A DNA stretch of 64,000 bases, taken from NCBI GenBank assembly GCA_963828165.1, contig CAWHDR010000001.1, positions 2,816,001-2,880,000 on the forward strand, given 5' to 3'. The stretch comes from an uncultured Chloroflexia bacterium. GTDB lineage: Bacteria; Chloroflexota; Limnocylindria; Limnocylindrales; CSP1-4. Under the pieces are notes generated by a model that was not told the origin of the DNA, did not search any database, and worked only from the letters and a program-made list of their open reading frames with translations. Each line of letters begins with the position of its first letter. Within the stretch, counting starts at the first letter, position 1. Positions 19,121-28,627 of this stretch are shown piece after piece. The position numbers and the translations under genes were made by a program.

Positions 19121-19150
19121 AAGCCGGGCGGTCGGATGACCGCCCGGTTT
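19121..19150. terminator. Bidirectional terminator-like hairpin between convergent genes
   Basis: aagccgggcggtc-ggat-gaccgcccggttt. Confidence 0.7.
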
Positions 19151-19164
19151 CGACGAGGGGATTG

Positions 19165-19482
19165 CTACTGCGAGATCGGGTACATCTGGCGCTGGCGCGC
19201 CTCCCACTCCTGCGCCGACTTGAGGACGGCCTGGTCGTGGGGGGAGAGATACCGACCGCGCTGTTCGCGGTGGAGCCGCTCCCACTCGGCGCCGTAGGCA
19301 TCCCACTTGGCCTGCTCGGCGGCTGCCGCGCGGATCTGCTCGGCGGTGGCACGTTCGACGAGCGTCTGCACGCCGGTGCCGACGAGCCCGCCGACGATGC
19401 CACCGAGCATCGATGCCGCGAGTGCGACCCCGATCAGGGCGGTCGATGGGCTCGTTCGCTGGGTCTGGGTGAGTTCAGTCAC
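19165..19482 (-). CDS. Small single-TM hypothetical protein with repeated WE.R..Q motif
   Basis: GAAGGG RBS + GTG; TM segment ALIGVALAASMLGGIVGGLVG; EWERLHREQ / EWEARQRQM. Confidence 0.65.
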   Translation of the reverse strand: MTELTQTQRTSPSTALIGVALAASMLGGIVGGLVGTGVQTLVERATAEQIRAAAAEQAKWDAYGAEWERLHREQRGRYLSPHDQAVLKSAQEWEARQRQMYPISQ

Positions 19483-19629
19483 TTGGATTTCCCTTCTTCG
19501 TGGCGCTTCGTCGTCGAGCGCCTTCGATGAACCCATCCTCGATGCCGCCGGACCCCGGGGAAATCACGGAAGTCCCTATATCTGAGGCCGCCGCGGGTCT
19601 CGCGAACCCCCGGATTCGGCCCCCAGACG

Positions 19630-22413
19630 TCAGTCCGCGGCGCCCTGGTCGAGGTCGACGCGTGCCAGCTCCGTGCGCGACTGGACCCCAAGGGTGCGGT
19701 ACACCCGGGTCAGGTGCGCCTCGACCGTGTGGACGCTGATGAACAGCGCGTCGGCGATCTCGCGGTTGGTCTGCCCGGACCCGGCCAGCTCGGCGACCCG
19801 TCGCTCGGTCTCCGTGAGTGGGGACCCCGCCGGTCGGCGCATGGCGACCCTGCCGAGCTCGGCCGTCGTCCGCTCGATCCAAACCCTGCTACGCAGCCGG
19901 GTGAAGAGCTCCAGGGCGGACCCGAAGGCCGCCCGCGAGGCGCCCTTCTGACGCGAGCGGCGGAGCACTTCACCAAGCGTGAACCAGGCGCGTGCCGTGC
20001 GGAACGGAACCTGTAGGGCGGCGTGGATCCGGACGGCCTCCTCAGCGTACCGGACGGCCCCCTCGTGGTCGCCTTCCGCGGCCAGCACCAGCGCCCTGGC
20101 ACGCGCCACCTCGGCAATAGCGGCCGGCCACGGACGACGTCGAGCCCGTCGCTCCACGGGATCCAAGAGCCGTCGAGCCTCATCGAGTCGCCCGAGACTG
20201 ATGAGGCTCTCGGCGGTGTACGCCACGATCGACTCCCAATGCAGCGGCGCCAGTCGGCCGAGACCCGGTTCGGACACAACCTTCGAAAGCCGCCCATAGG
20301 TCGCCGCGGCGTCGCCAAGCGAGTGGTCCAGCATCGCGAGGGATACCTGGACGGTCGAGCGGAACCAACGGTGCGCCGAAGCCTGAGCGACCAACTCGAC
20401 CTCCGCCCCGAGCACCCGTGCCGCCTCGACCTCACCGCGCAGGACAAGGAGATGCAGTCGAGTGGCCAGGATGTCCTGGTGGTACGCGCCCTCGACGGTC
20501 TGCAGGAGGCCTGCGTACGCCCCACTCGCGATGCGCTCAGCCTCGTCGAGGTCGCCAGCATCGACCTCGATCTCGGCCAGCACGGCAAGCAGGCTCGAGA
20601 TGCTGGTCCAGTCCCCACTCGCACGGGCGTGCTCGATCAATCGCTCGACTCTGAGGCGACCTTCGGATGGGTCGCCGTGGTAACTGAGGATCCTCCCGAA
20701 CTGCAGGTCGGGGTGCTCGAGGACCGGCACGGCATCGAGCGGCACCGCGAGGGAGTCTGCGCGCTCCATGAGGTGCCGCCACGGCCGGCCGAGCGAGCTC
20801 AGCCACGAGGCGGAGTGGCCCAGCGCCTGACACTCCAAGGATCGATCGCCGAGCTCGCGGGCCAGGCGCAGCGCCAGGAACATGTCGAGACGAGCGCGGC
20901 GCCAGCCCCGCCACGACAGATAACCGATTCCCGCAAGGCCGGAATGGATCGCGATTCGGAGCCGCGGATCCTCGACCGCCATCGGCATGGCCCGGCGGTA
21001 CAGGATATCCGCGGCATCGAGGTCCGCGAACATCAAGGCAATGATCGCCCGCCGGGCGAGCACGTGACCGAGAGCCGAACCTGGCGATAGCTCCGTGGCG
21101 GCGAGCGTCAGGATCGTGTCGGCGCGCTCCGCGTCGCCGGCGGCGAACAGGTACTCGGCGGCAGCGATGCGCCGTCGAAGGCGGTCGTCGGCTTCATCCG
21201 AGGGCGTCAAGCGGACAGCCTCCTCGGCGAGCGTTGCGGCGACCTCGGGCGCACCCCGGCCGGCGGCGGCTGCCGCACCTTCATCAAGCGCGGCCGCGAT
21301 CGAGCCCTCAGGACCCAAGGCGGTCCGGGCGAGATGCCGCGCGCGCTCTTCCGGTCCGGTCGCGAAGCCGGCTAGTCGCTCGTGGACCTCGCGGCGGCGG
21401 CTCGGCGTTGCGCGGTCGTAGGTGGCCGCGGCGAGCAGCGGGTGGGTGAACCGGATGTCGTCGTCGGCCGTCTCCAGGACGCCCGCGGCCACGGCCCCAT
21501 CCAATCCGGCAGCGAAGCGTTCGTGTCCAAGCGCGGCTTCGATGACGCGGGCGGTCGGCTGGGCCAGCGCCGCGGCATGCAGCGCCACGTCATCGGCGGC
21601 CGCATCGAGCGCCGCCACGCGGGCTCCCACGAGCCCCTCGAGGCTGCGCGGGACCGCGAGCGACTCTGGCGTCACCTGACCCCCGCGGCGCTGCAGATCC
21701 CGACCGAGCTCGAGCGCGTAGAATGGCGTGCCTCCCGAGATGGCATGGAGGCGGGTGAGGACCGGCCGCGACAGCTTGAGACCGAGGTGCTCACGCAACA
21801 GCGCCGCCGTCTCGTCGACCGACAGGGGCGGGACGTCCCGCCGCGTCATCCGGTCGGCGGGCAGCGTGGTCAGCCAGGCGGGCAGCGGCTCGTCGGGGGC
21901 GGCCGCACGACGGGCGAGGAGGAACCCGACTCGATCCATCTCGAGGCGCCGGATCGAGAAGTCGAGCACGCGCGCCGATGCGTCGTCCAGCCACGGGACG
22001 TCGTCGATGGCCAGGAGCAGCGGCGCATCCTGGGCGGCGGCTCGCAACAGATGAAGGGCACCCAGCGAGACACCGAGCGGCTGCGGCGGCGAGGCCGCCG
22101 ACACACGCAGGAGGGCGGCATCCAGCGCCTCGCGCTGTGGTCCAGGCAGGTCCGTCGCGGGTGTGTCGAGCAGCGGCGTCAGGAGATCGCCGAGCGACGC
22201 GAAGGCGAGACCCGTCTCGACCTCCGTCGGTCGGGCCGTCACGACCCGATACTGGCGATCCTTTGCGGACCCGACGCCGGCGTTCCAGAGCGTCGTCTTG
22301 CCGATGCCCGCCATCCCGGACAGCAGCATCACCGGCGAACGGCCGTCTTCGATCGACTCGAGGAATCCGTCGATCGCGTCCAGCTCGTCCTTGCGACCGA
22401 CGACCGATGCCAT
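19630..22413 (-). CDS. STAND/AAA ATPase-LuxR transcriptional regulator (MalT/LAL family)
   Basis: VGR..EL, Walker A GMAGIGKT, Walker B LAIDDVPWLD, GGTPFYALEL, C-terminal LT..ERRVA...TNREIADALFIS.HTVE.HL. Confidence 0.92.
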   Translation of the reverse strand: MASVVGRKDELDAIDGFLESIEDGRSPVMLLSGMAGIGKTTLWNAGVGSAKDRQYRVVTARPTEVETGLAFASLGDLLTPLLDTPATDLPGPQREALDAALLRVSAASPPQPLGVSLGALHLLRAAAQDAPLLLAIDDVPWLDDASARVLDFSIRRLEMDRVGFLLARRAAAPDEPLPAWLTTLPADRMTRRDVPPLSVDETAALLREHLGLKLSRPVLTRLHAISGGTPFYALELGRDLQRRGGQVTPESLAVPRSLEGLVGARVAALDAAADDVALHAAALAQPTARVIEAALGHERFAAGLDGAVAAGVLETADDDIRFTHPLLAAATYDRATPSRRREVHERLAGFATGPEERARHLARTALGPEGSIAAALDEGAAAAAGRGAPEVAATLAEEAVRLTPSDEADDRLRRRIAAAEYLFAAGDAERADTILTLAATELSPGSALGHVLARRAIIALMFADLDAADILYRRAMPMAVEDPRLRIAIHSGLAGIGYLSWRGWRRARLDMFLALRLARELGDRSLECQALGHSASWLSSLGRPWRHLMERADSLAVPLDAVPVLEHPDLQFGRILSYHGDPSEGRLRVERLIEHARASGDWTSISSLLAVLAEIEVDAGDLDEAERIASGAYAGLLQTVEGAYHQDILATRLHLLVLRGEVEAARVLGAEVELVAQASAHRWFRSTVQVSLAMLDHSLGDAAATYGRLSKVVSEPGLGRLAPLHWESIVAYTAESLISLGRLDEARRLLDPVERRARRRPWPAAIAEVARARALVLAAEGDHEGAVRYAEEAVRIHAALQVPFRTARAWFTLGEVLRRSRQKGASRAAFGSALELFTRLRSRVWIERTTAELGRVAMRRPAGSPLTETERRVAELAGSGQTNREIADALFISVHTVEAHLTRVYRTLGVQSRTELARVDLDQGAAD

Positions 22414-22419
22414 GAGCGA

Positions 22420-22809
22420 TCAGGCCGTGCCGGCCTCGCGTGCCAGCCACGCCTCGCGGGCCACGACGACGGCCAACAGCACGATGAGGAACCCATTCAC
22501 CGGGTGGAGGGCGGCGATGGTCGGTGAGGAGCCGCGCATCGCGACGAAGACCGACTGGAGCAGGAACAGACCGAAGATCACGGCGGCCAGGATCGTCAAC
22601 CGTCGGCCGAGCCCGCCGACCACGCCGACGACCAGCAGCAGGATCGGGAAGATCGAGAGGACGTAGCCCGTGTCCCGGTGGGTCACGAAGGCCGTCGGGC
22701 TTTCGAAGACGCCGAGGCCCGCGAGGAACACCTGCACCGCCAGGCCCACGACGAATGCAACCGCCACGACCAGGTAGACGGTGCGCGCGATCGAACGCAT
22801 TCCCCTCAC
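22420..22809 (-). CDS. DUF6220-like four-TM membrane protein
   Basis: QVFLAGLGVF, H...G, LQS, AALHPVNG. Confidence 0.75.
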   Translation of the reverse strand: MRGMRSIARTVYLVVAVAFVVGLAVQVFLAGLGVFESPTAFVTHRDTGYVLSIFPILLLVVGVVGGLGRRLTILAAVIFGLFLLQSVFVAMRGSSPTIAALHPVNGFLIVLLAVVVAREAWLAREAGTA

Positions 22810-22986
22810 TCCCTCCAGATACGTTGCCGAATCGAACGCCGTGGGTTTTGGCGCTCAGGATGCCCGACCGACATCCCGAACGTCCAGCCGTTTCGCCCGA
22901 CCGCGGGATACCTGGCATGTGACCGATCGCTACGCTGAAAGCCGGTCTCGATTCGGCCTGACGCCGTAGGGTCGTGACGCAGCGCT

Positions 22987-23232
22987 TTACTGCTGGTAGC
23001 GCTCGACCACCTCCGCGGACCGCTCCTCGGCCTCGTTGGGGTCGAGCCCGGCCGTTGCGCGCGCCTGTCGCTGGTGCAGCAGGTCGTAGACGCGGTCGAG
23101 CTCGACCTTGATCTGCTCGAGCCGGTCCTGCTCATCCTGACTCAGGCCCGAGCCATCGCTGGCCGAGGCGTACAGGCGCTCTTCCTCCGCGGACAGGGCG
23201 TTGATCGTGTGGAACAGGTCGAGATCCGTCAT
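22987..23232 (-). CDS. DUF2630 family protein
   Basis: I..L..EE..L, VELDR.YDLL.QR.AR...G.DP, VERYQQ. Confidence 0.85.
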   Translation of the reverse strand: MTDLDLFHTINALSAEEERLYASASDGSGLSQDEQDRLEQIKVELDRVYDLLHQRQARATAGLDPNEAEERSAEVVERYQQ

Positions 23233-23368
23233 GGCGTGTCCTCTCGGGTTCGAGCCGCACCCGGCGCAACGACCGATGAGTCCGGCGGCTTCGGTCGGTC
23301 TTTACAATGGCACGGCGCCGCACGGAGGTCCTCGCTGCGGCGCTCACCATGCTCGTCAAGGGGGAAGC

Positions 23369-25629
23369 GTGACCGAGTTCATCGACATCCGGGGTGCCCG
23401 CGAGAACAATCTCAAGGACGTCTCGCTGCAGATCCCGAAGCGCCAGATCACGATCTTCACGGGCGTGTCCGGCTCGGGCAAGTCGTCGGTCGTGTTCGAC
23501 ACCATCGCGACCGAGGCGCAGCGCCAGCTCTACGAGAACTTCAGCCTGTTCATCCGCAGCTTCCTGCCGCGCTACCCGCAGCCCGAGGCGGACGCCATCG
23601 AGAACCTGAGCATGGCGGTCATCGTCGACCAGAAGCGGCTCGGCGGCGGATCGACCTCGACGGTCGGCACGATCACCGACATCTACACCGTGCTGCGGCT
23701 GCTCTTCTCCCGGCTCGGCGAGCCCCACGTCGGCTACTCGAACGCGTTCTCGTTCAACGACCCGCAGGGCATGTGCCCCGAGTGCAACGGCCTGGGCAAG
23801 AAGATCGGCGTCGTGTCCGACGACTTCCTGGACCTGTCCAAGTCACTCAACGAGGGCGCGGTCCAGGTCCCGGTCTGGGGCAGCTGGGAGATCGACGCCT
23901 ACGCCGCGTCCGGCTTCTTCGACAACGACAAGAAGCTCTCCGACTACACGCCCGAGGAGATGGACCTCCTCCTGTACGGCAAGGATCGCAAGTACAAGCT
24001 GCGCGATCGGCGACAAGTCGATGAACGCCACCTACCTCGGCGTGATCGAGAAGTTCGAACAGGCCTATGTGCGGCGCGACCTCAAGACCCGCCCCGAGCG
24101 GACCCAGAAGGCCGTCGAGCCGTACCTCCGGATGCGCACCTGCCCGCTGTGCAAGGGCGGCCGTCTGAGCCAGGCGGCGCTCGCTTCCAAGGTCAACGGA
24201 CACGCGATCAACGAGCTCGCCGCGATGGAGGTGGGCCACGTGATCCCGATCATCCAGAGAGATCGAGGGTTCCGTCGCGGCGCCGATGATCGCGACGCTC
24301 GTGGAGCGGCTCCAGGCCATGGTCGACATCGGGCTCGACTACCTGAGCCTGGACCGCGAGACGGACACGCTCTCGGGCGGCGAGTCGCAGCGCATCAAGA
24401 TGGTCAAGCACCTCGGCAGCAGCCTCGTCGACGTCACGTACATCCTCGACGAGCCGAGCATCGGCCTCCACCCGCGCGACGTGCATCGCCTCAACGACCT
24501 GCTGCAGAAGCTGCGCGACAAGGGCAACACCGTGATCGTCGTCGAGCACGATCCGGACGTGATCAAGGTCGCCGACCACGTCGTCGACATGGGCCCGGGC
24601 GCGGGTGACGCCGGCGGTCGCATCGTGTTCGAGGGTACGTACGCGGACCTCAAGCGGGCCGACACGCTGACCGCCCGATTCCTGCAGCGCTCGCTGCCGA
24701 TCAAGGAAGACGTCCGCACGCCGAGCGGCTGGCTGCCGATCCGTGGTGCGGCCGTCAACAACCTCAAGGGCGTCGACGTCGACATCCCGACCGGGGTCCT
24801 GACGGTGATCACGGGCGTCGCGGGCTCGGGCAAGAGCTCGCTCATCGACGGGGTGTTCCTGCCCGAGCATCCGGAGGCGATCGTGATCGACCAGTCCGCG
24901 ATCGGGACGTCGACGCGCTCGAACCCGGCCACGTATACGGGTGTGATGGACGACATCCGCAAGGCGTTCGCGGCCGCGAACAAGGTCGATGCCGGTCTGT
25001 TCAGCTTCAACTCGAAGGGAGCCTGCGAGACCTGCAACGGGGCCGGGGTGATCTACGCGGAGCTGTCGTTCCTGGGCGGCGTCAAGACGCCGTGCGAGAC
25101 CTGCGAGGGGCGGCGCTTCAAGGACGAGGTCCTCGAGTACCGGCTCGACGGTCGCAACGTGAACGAGGTGCTGGGCCTCACGGTCGCCCACGCGCTCGAG
25201 GCATTCACGCACAAGGAGATCCTCCGCAAGCTCCAGGCCATGAGCGACGTCGGTGTGGACTACCTGACCCTCGGGCAGCCACTGAGCACGCTCTCGGGCG
25301 GCGAATGCCAGCGCATCAAGCTCGCGAGCGAGCTGCACCGCAAGGGCAACATCTACGTCCTCGACGAGCCCACGACGGGGCTGCACATGTCCGACACGAG
25401 CCACCTGCTGGCGATGCTCGATCGGCTCGTGGATGCCGGCAACACCGTGATCGTCATCGAGCACAACCTCGATGTCGTCCGCAACGCGGACTGGATCATC
25501 GATCTCGGGCCGGAGGGTGGTACGCGCGGCGGCGAGATCGTGTTCACGGGCACGCCCACGGACTTGCTACGGGCCGAGCGATCGCTGACCGGCCAGTACC
25601 TGCGCAGGGAGGAACCGGCGGCCGCCTGA
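23369..25629 (+). CDS. UvrA-like ABC ATPase, class II (UvrA2/DrrC-like); +1 frameshifts near 24003 and 24258
   Basis: GARENNLK, GVSGSGKS, LSGGE/LDEPS, second cassette GVAGSGKS/LSGGE/LDEPT, Zn-finger CxxC pairs; about 750 aa, shorter than canonical UvrA; split over three frames. Confidence 0.85.
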
Positions 25630-25673
25630 GCGACCGCCGGGCGGCCCGGTCCAACGCTTGACGAGGAGCATCG

Positions 25674-26525
25674 ATGCAGGTCGAGGTGAACGGGACCCGC
25701 CTCTGGTTCGACGTCGACGGTCCCGCTCTCGTCCCGGTGGGCGCGGCGATGCGCGAACGGCCCACGATCGTGCTGCTGCACGGTGGGCCGGGTGGATACG
25801 ACCACTCGTATTTCAAGCCCGACTTCGCGCCCCTCACGCGCGTGTCCCAGGTCGTGTACCTGGACCTGCGTGATCACGGCCGGTCCGCGCGACACGACCC
25901 GGCCGATTGGACCTTCGAGGCCTGCGCGGACGATGTTCGCGCGTTCTGCGACGCCCTGGGCATCGCCAGACCGATCGTGTTTGGCCACTCCCTGGGCGGC
26001 TTGACGGCAATGCTGTATGGCGCCCGTCACCCCGGCCACGCCGGAGGCCTGGTCCTCCAATCGACGATGGCCCGGTTCGACCTGACGCGGCTCGCCGAGG
26101 GCTTCCGCCGCGTTGCCGGCGACGAGGTGGGCGAGCTGGCCAGGCGCGATTTCGGCGGCGAGCCGGTCACCGACGAGGACTCGGCCCGGGTCTTCACCGC
26201 CTTCGGTCCTCGGTTGCCGGACGGTCAGCAATTGGGTCGCAGGGTCGGGAACCCCGACATCGGGGAACCCGGGATGGAGCTGCTCCGCCGCTTCGACGTC
26301 GTCGACCAGCTCGGTCGTATCGAGTGCCCGACGCTCGTCTGCGTCGGCGACCTCGATCCGGTCACGCCCGTGGGGGCCGCCCAGGAGATATTCGAGGCAC
26401 TGCCCGAGGGCATCCGGCGGCTGGAGCTGATGCGAGGCGCCGGTCACTTCCCGTGGAAGGACGTCCCCGATCGGTATTTCTCGGTCATCGCGGGCTTCGT
26501 CGAGGGCGCGGCCGGGCCGACCTAG
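25674..26525 (+). CDS. Alpha/beta hydrolase (proline iminopeptidase-like)
   Basis: HGGPG, GHSLGG, GAGH. Confidence 0.85.
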   Translation: MQVEVNGTRLWFDVDGPALVPVGAAMRERPTIVLLHGGPGGYDHSYFKPDFAPLTRVSQVVYLDLRDHGRSARHDPADWTFEACADDVRAFCDALGIARPIVFGHSLGGLTAMLYGARHPGHAGGLVLQSTMARFDLTRLAEGFRRVAGDEVGELARRDFGGEPVTDEDSARVFTAFGPRLPDGQQLGRRVGNPDIGEPGMELLRRFDVVDQLGRIECPTLVCVGDLDPVTPVGAAQEIFEALPEGIRRLELMRGAGHFPWKDVPDRYFSVIAGFVEGAAGPT

Positions 26526-26575
26526 ACGCGGGACGTGACCGTGCAAGACTTGCCACACGCAAGGGGGTCACGGGC

Positions 26576-27073
26576 ATGGGTCTTGGGTTCCTCAGCCACG
26601 TCCGCCTGGCAATGGTGATCGGCCTGGCTTGCGTGTTGGCTGGCTGCGGGCCAGGTCAGACGCCCATCCCGGCCGGTGCCCAGCAGGTTCATGTGTCCAT
26701 CGTCGGTTCCGAGGTCCGATTGGAACCCGCCACGGTCTCTGCAGGGGACGTCTACGTCGTGCTCGACACGCCGGGCTCCAGCGTCGGCTTCGCCCAACGG
26801 AAACGGACGGCGGCTGAGGCACCCGGTCCCTTGACGGATGCCGACCTGGACCGGCTCGCGCTCGGCGACACCCAGGGAACGGCCATCGGCGGGTTCGATG
26901 ACACCGGGTGCTCGCCGGAACAGCGGGCCGAGTCCCGCGGCCGGATCGGTCCCTGCGGGAATGTCTTCCAGATCGTCCTGACGCCCGGCAGGTACGCGTT
27001 CTTCACCGGCAGCCTCGAGGGTGAGGCTGGCGCGGATCCCCAGTCGATCACCGTCCTCGAGGTCCTTCCGTGA
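26576..27073 (+). CDS. Lipoprotein, possibly cupredoxin-like beta-sandwich
   Basis: LAGC lipobox; LEPATVSAGDV and LTPGRYAF strands. Confidence 0.65.
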   Translation: MGLGFLSHVRLAMVIGLACVLAGCGPGQTPIPAGAQQVHVSIVGSEVRLEPATVSAGDVYVVLDTPGSSVGFAQRKRTAAEAPGPLTDADLDRLALGDTQGTAIGGFDDTGCSPEQRAESRGRIGPCGNVFQIVLTPGRYAFFTGSLEGEAGADPQSITVLEVLP

Positions 27074-27101
27074 GCGTGACCGGGCGGGCTACTCTTCGGA
27101 C

Positions 27102-28091
27102 GTGACGATCACCCGCAGGACCGCGAAGGCGCCGAAGACCGCGCTGCCGACCTTCATCCCGCCGATGCTCGCGACGCTGGTGGCCGTCCCGTTCGACGAT
27201 CCGGACTGGCAGTTCGAGATCAAGTGGGACGGCTTCCGGGTCGAGGCCATCGTCGAAGGCGGCACGGTCCGGCTCCTGACGCGCGGACAGCAGGACGCCG
27301 CAAGGTATTTCGGGCCGTTCCTGGAGCCGCCGACCTGGATCTCCGCGGGCCTGGCCGTCGTCGATGGCGAGGTCATCGCGATCGACGATCACGGCGAGCC
27401 CGATTTCGCGCTGCTCCAGGCCCGGATCAAGGGCGGCGGCAGGGGAGACGCGGCGACGCCGTTCATCTACGAGGTGTTCGATCTCCTCTTCCTCGATGGT
27501 CGGTCGTTGCTCGACGAGCCCCTGGAGAACCGCAGACGCATGCTGGGCGAGGTCCTGCGCCCCGACCCACGTGTCCGCCTGAGCGAGGACATCGCCGGGG
27601 ACGGGATCGCGTTCTTCGAGGCAGCGAAGGTGCGTGGCCTCGAGGGCATCATGGCCAAGGACCGTCGCTCGACCTACCTGCCCGGGAAGCGGTCGATGGC
27701 CTGGCAGAAGATCAAGATCCGGCCGGAGCAGGAGCTCGTGGTCGGTGGGTACACGCGCGGGACAGGGACAGCGGTGGATCTCGGCGCCCTGCTCGTCGGG
27801 GTCTACGAGGCTGGCGCGCTCCGATATGCCGGCAAGGTGGGCGCCGGCTTCACCGCCGACGTCCGAAAGGAGCTCCTGACCGCGATCGAACCGCTGGCAG
27901 CCGACGAGTCACCGTTCGCGATCCGACCACCCCGGGCCGCGGCTCGGAACGCCATCTGGCTTCGCCCGGAGCTTGTCATCCGGGCCGAGTTCGCTGGCTG
28001 GACCGGCGACGGACTCGTCCGCCAGGCGGCGTACAAGGGCTTCGATCTCGGCAAGGACCCCAAGGCCGTCGTTCGTGAGGCGCCCGGGTAA
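27102..28091 (+). CDS. ligD: ATP-dependent DNA ligase, stand-alone LigD (NHEJ) ligase domain
   Basis: PMLA, EIKWDGFR (motif I), DGEV, FDLL, EGIMAK, WQKIK, Q.LVVGGYT, YAGKVGAGF. Confidence 0.85.
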   Translation: MTITRRTAKAPKTALPTFIPPMLATLVAVPFDDPDWQFEIKWDGFRVEAIVEGGTVRLLTRGQQDAARYFGPFLEPPTWISAGLAVVDGEVIAIDDHGEPDFALLQARIKGGGRGDAATPFIYEVFDLLFLDGRSLLDEPLENRRRMLGEVLRPDPRVRLSEDIAGDGIAFFEAAKVRGLEGIMAKDRRSTYLPGKRSMAWQKIKIRPEQELVVGGYTRGTGTAVDLGALLVGVYEAGALRYAGKVGAGFTADVRKELLTAIEPLAADESPFAIRPPRAAARNAIWLRPELVIRAEFAGWTGDGLVRQAAYKGFDLGKDPKAVVREAPG

Positions 28092-28146
28092 GGCTCTACC
28101 CATCCCGAATCGACGCCCAATCCTGTCGATCGAGAGAAGGGGAGCG

Positions 28147-28366
28147 ATGCAAGCAGCCCTCCAGGAGCGCTACGGCCCGCCCGAAGTCGTCCGCGTCACG
28201 GACGTCGAGCGCCCAGTTCCCATGGACGACGAGGTGCTGATCCGCGTCCATGCCGCGTCCGTGAACCGTGCCGACCTCGACGCGCTCGGGCCACGGCCGG
28301 GCTTCGTCCGGCTGTTCCTCGGCATGCGCGCGCCAAGGAACCATCGCACGGGCATCGATGTCGCCG
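28147..28366 (+). pseudogene. 5' fragment of an NAD(P)-dependent alcohol dehydrogenase/quinone oxidoreductase
   Basis: MQA...RYGPPEV...ERP.P.DDEVLIRVHAASVN..D...GIDVA, then homology stops; strong AAGGGGAG RBS. Confidence 0.75.
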
Positions 28367-28485
28367 ATCTCGGCATGCAGTGGCTCGAGCGCCGAGAGGT
28401 CGCTTCCGCGCAGGCCGGCCCTGCGAAACGACGCCCGGTGGAGCCAGGCACCCGACAGGTCGACGTCGCGGAACGTCGCGCCTCC
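28360..28485 (-). pseudogene. Fragment of a pentapeptide-repeat (MfpA-like) protein
   Basis: Minus-strand frame reads GATFRDVDLSGAWLHRASFRRAGLRGSDLSALEP; no start codon and no intact ends. Confidence 0.55.
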
Positions 28486-28627
28486 GGCGTTCGGCGGGGC
28501 CGGATCGTCCTGCGTCGTGACGATCCCGCTGCTCTTCCTGGCCGAGGGCTGGCGACCAACGACACGGTGGGTTTACGGTATGCGCGCGCAGCACGACTGC
28601 GTGGCTGGGAGCAGCGGGTACTGCACC

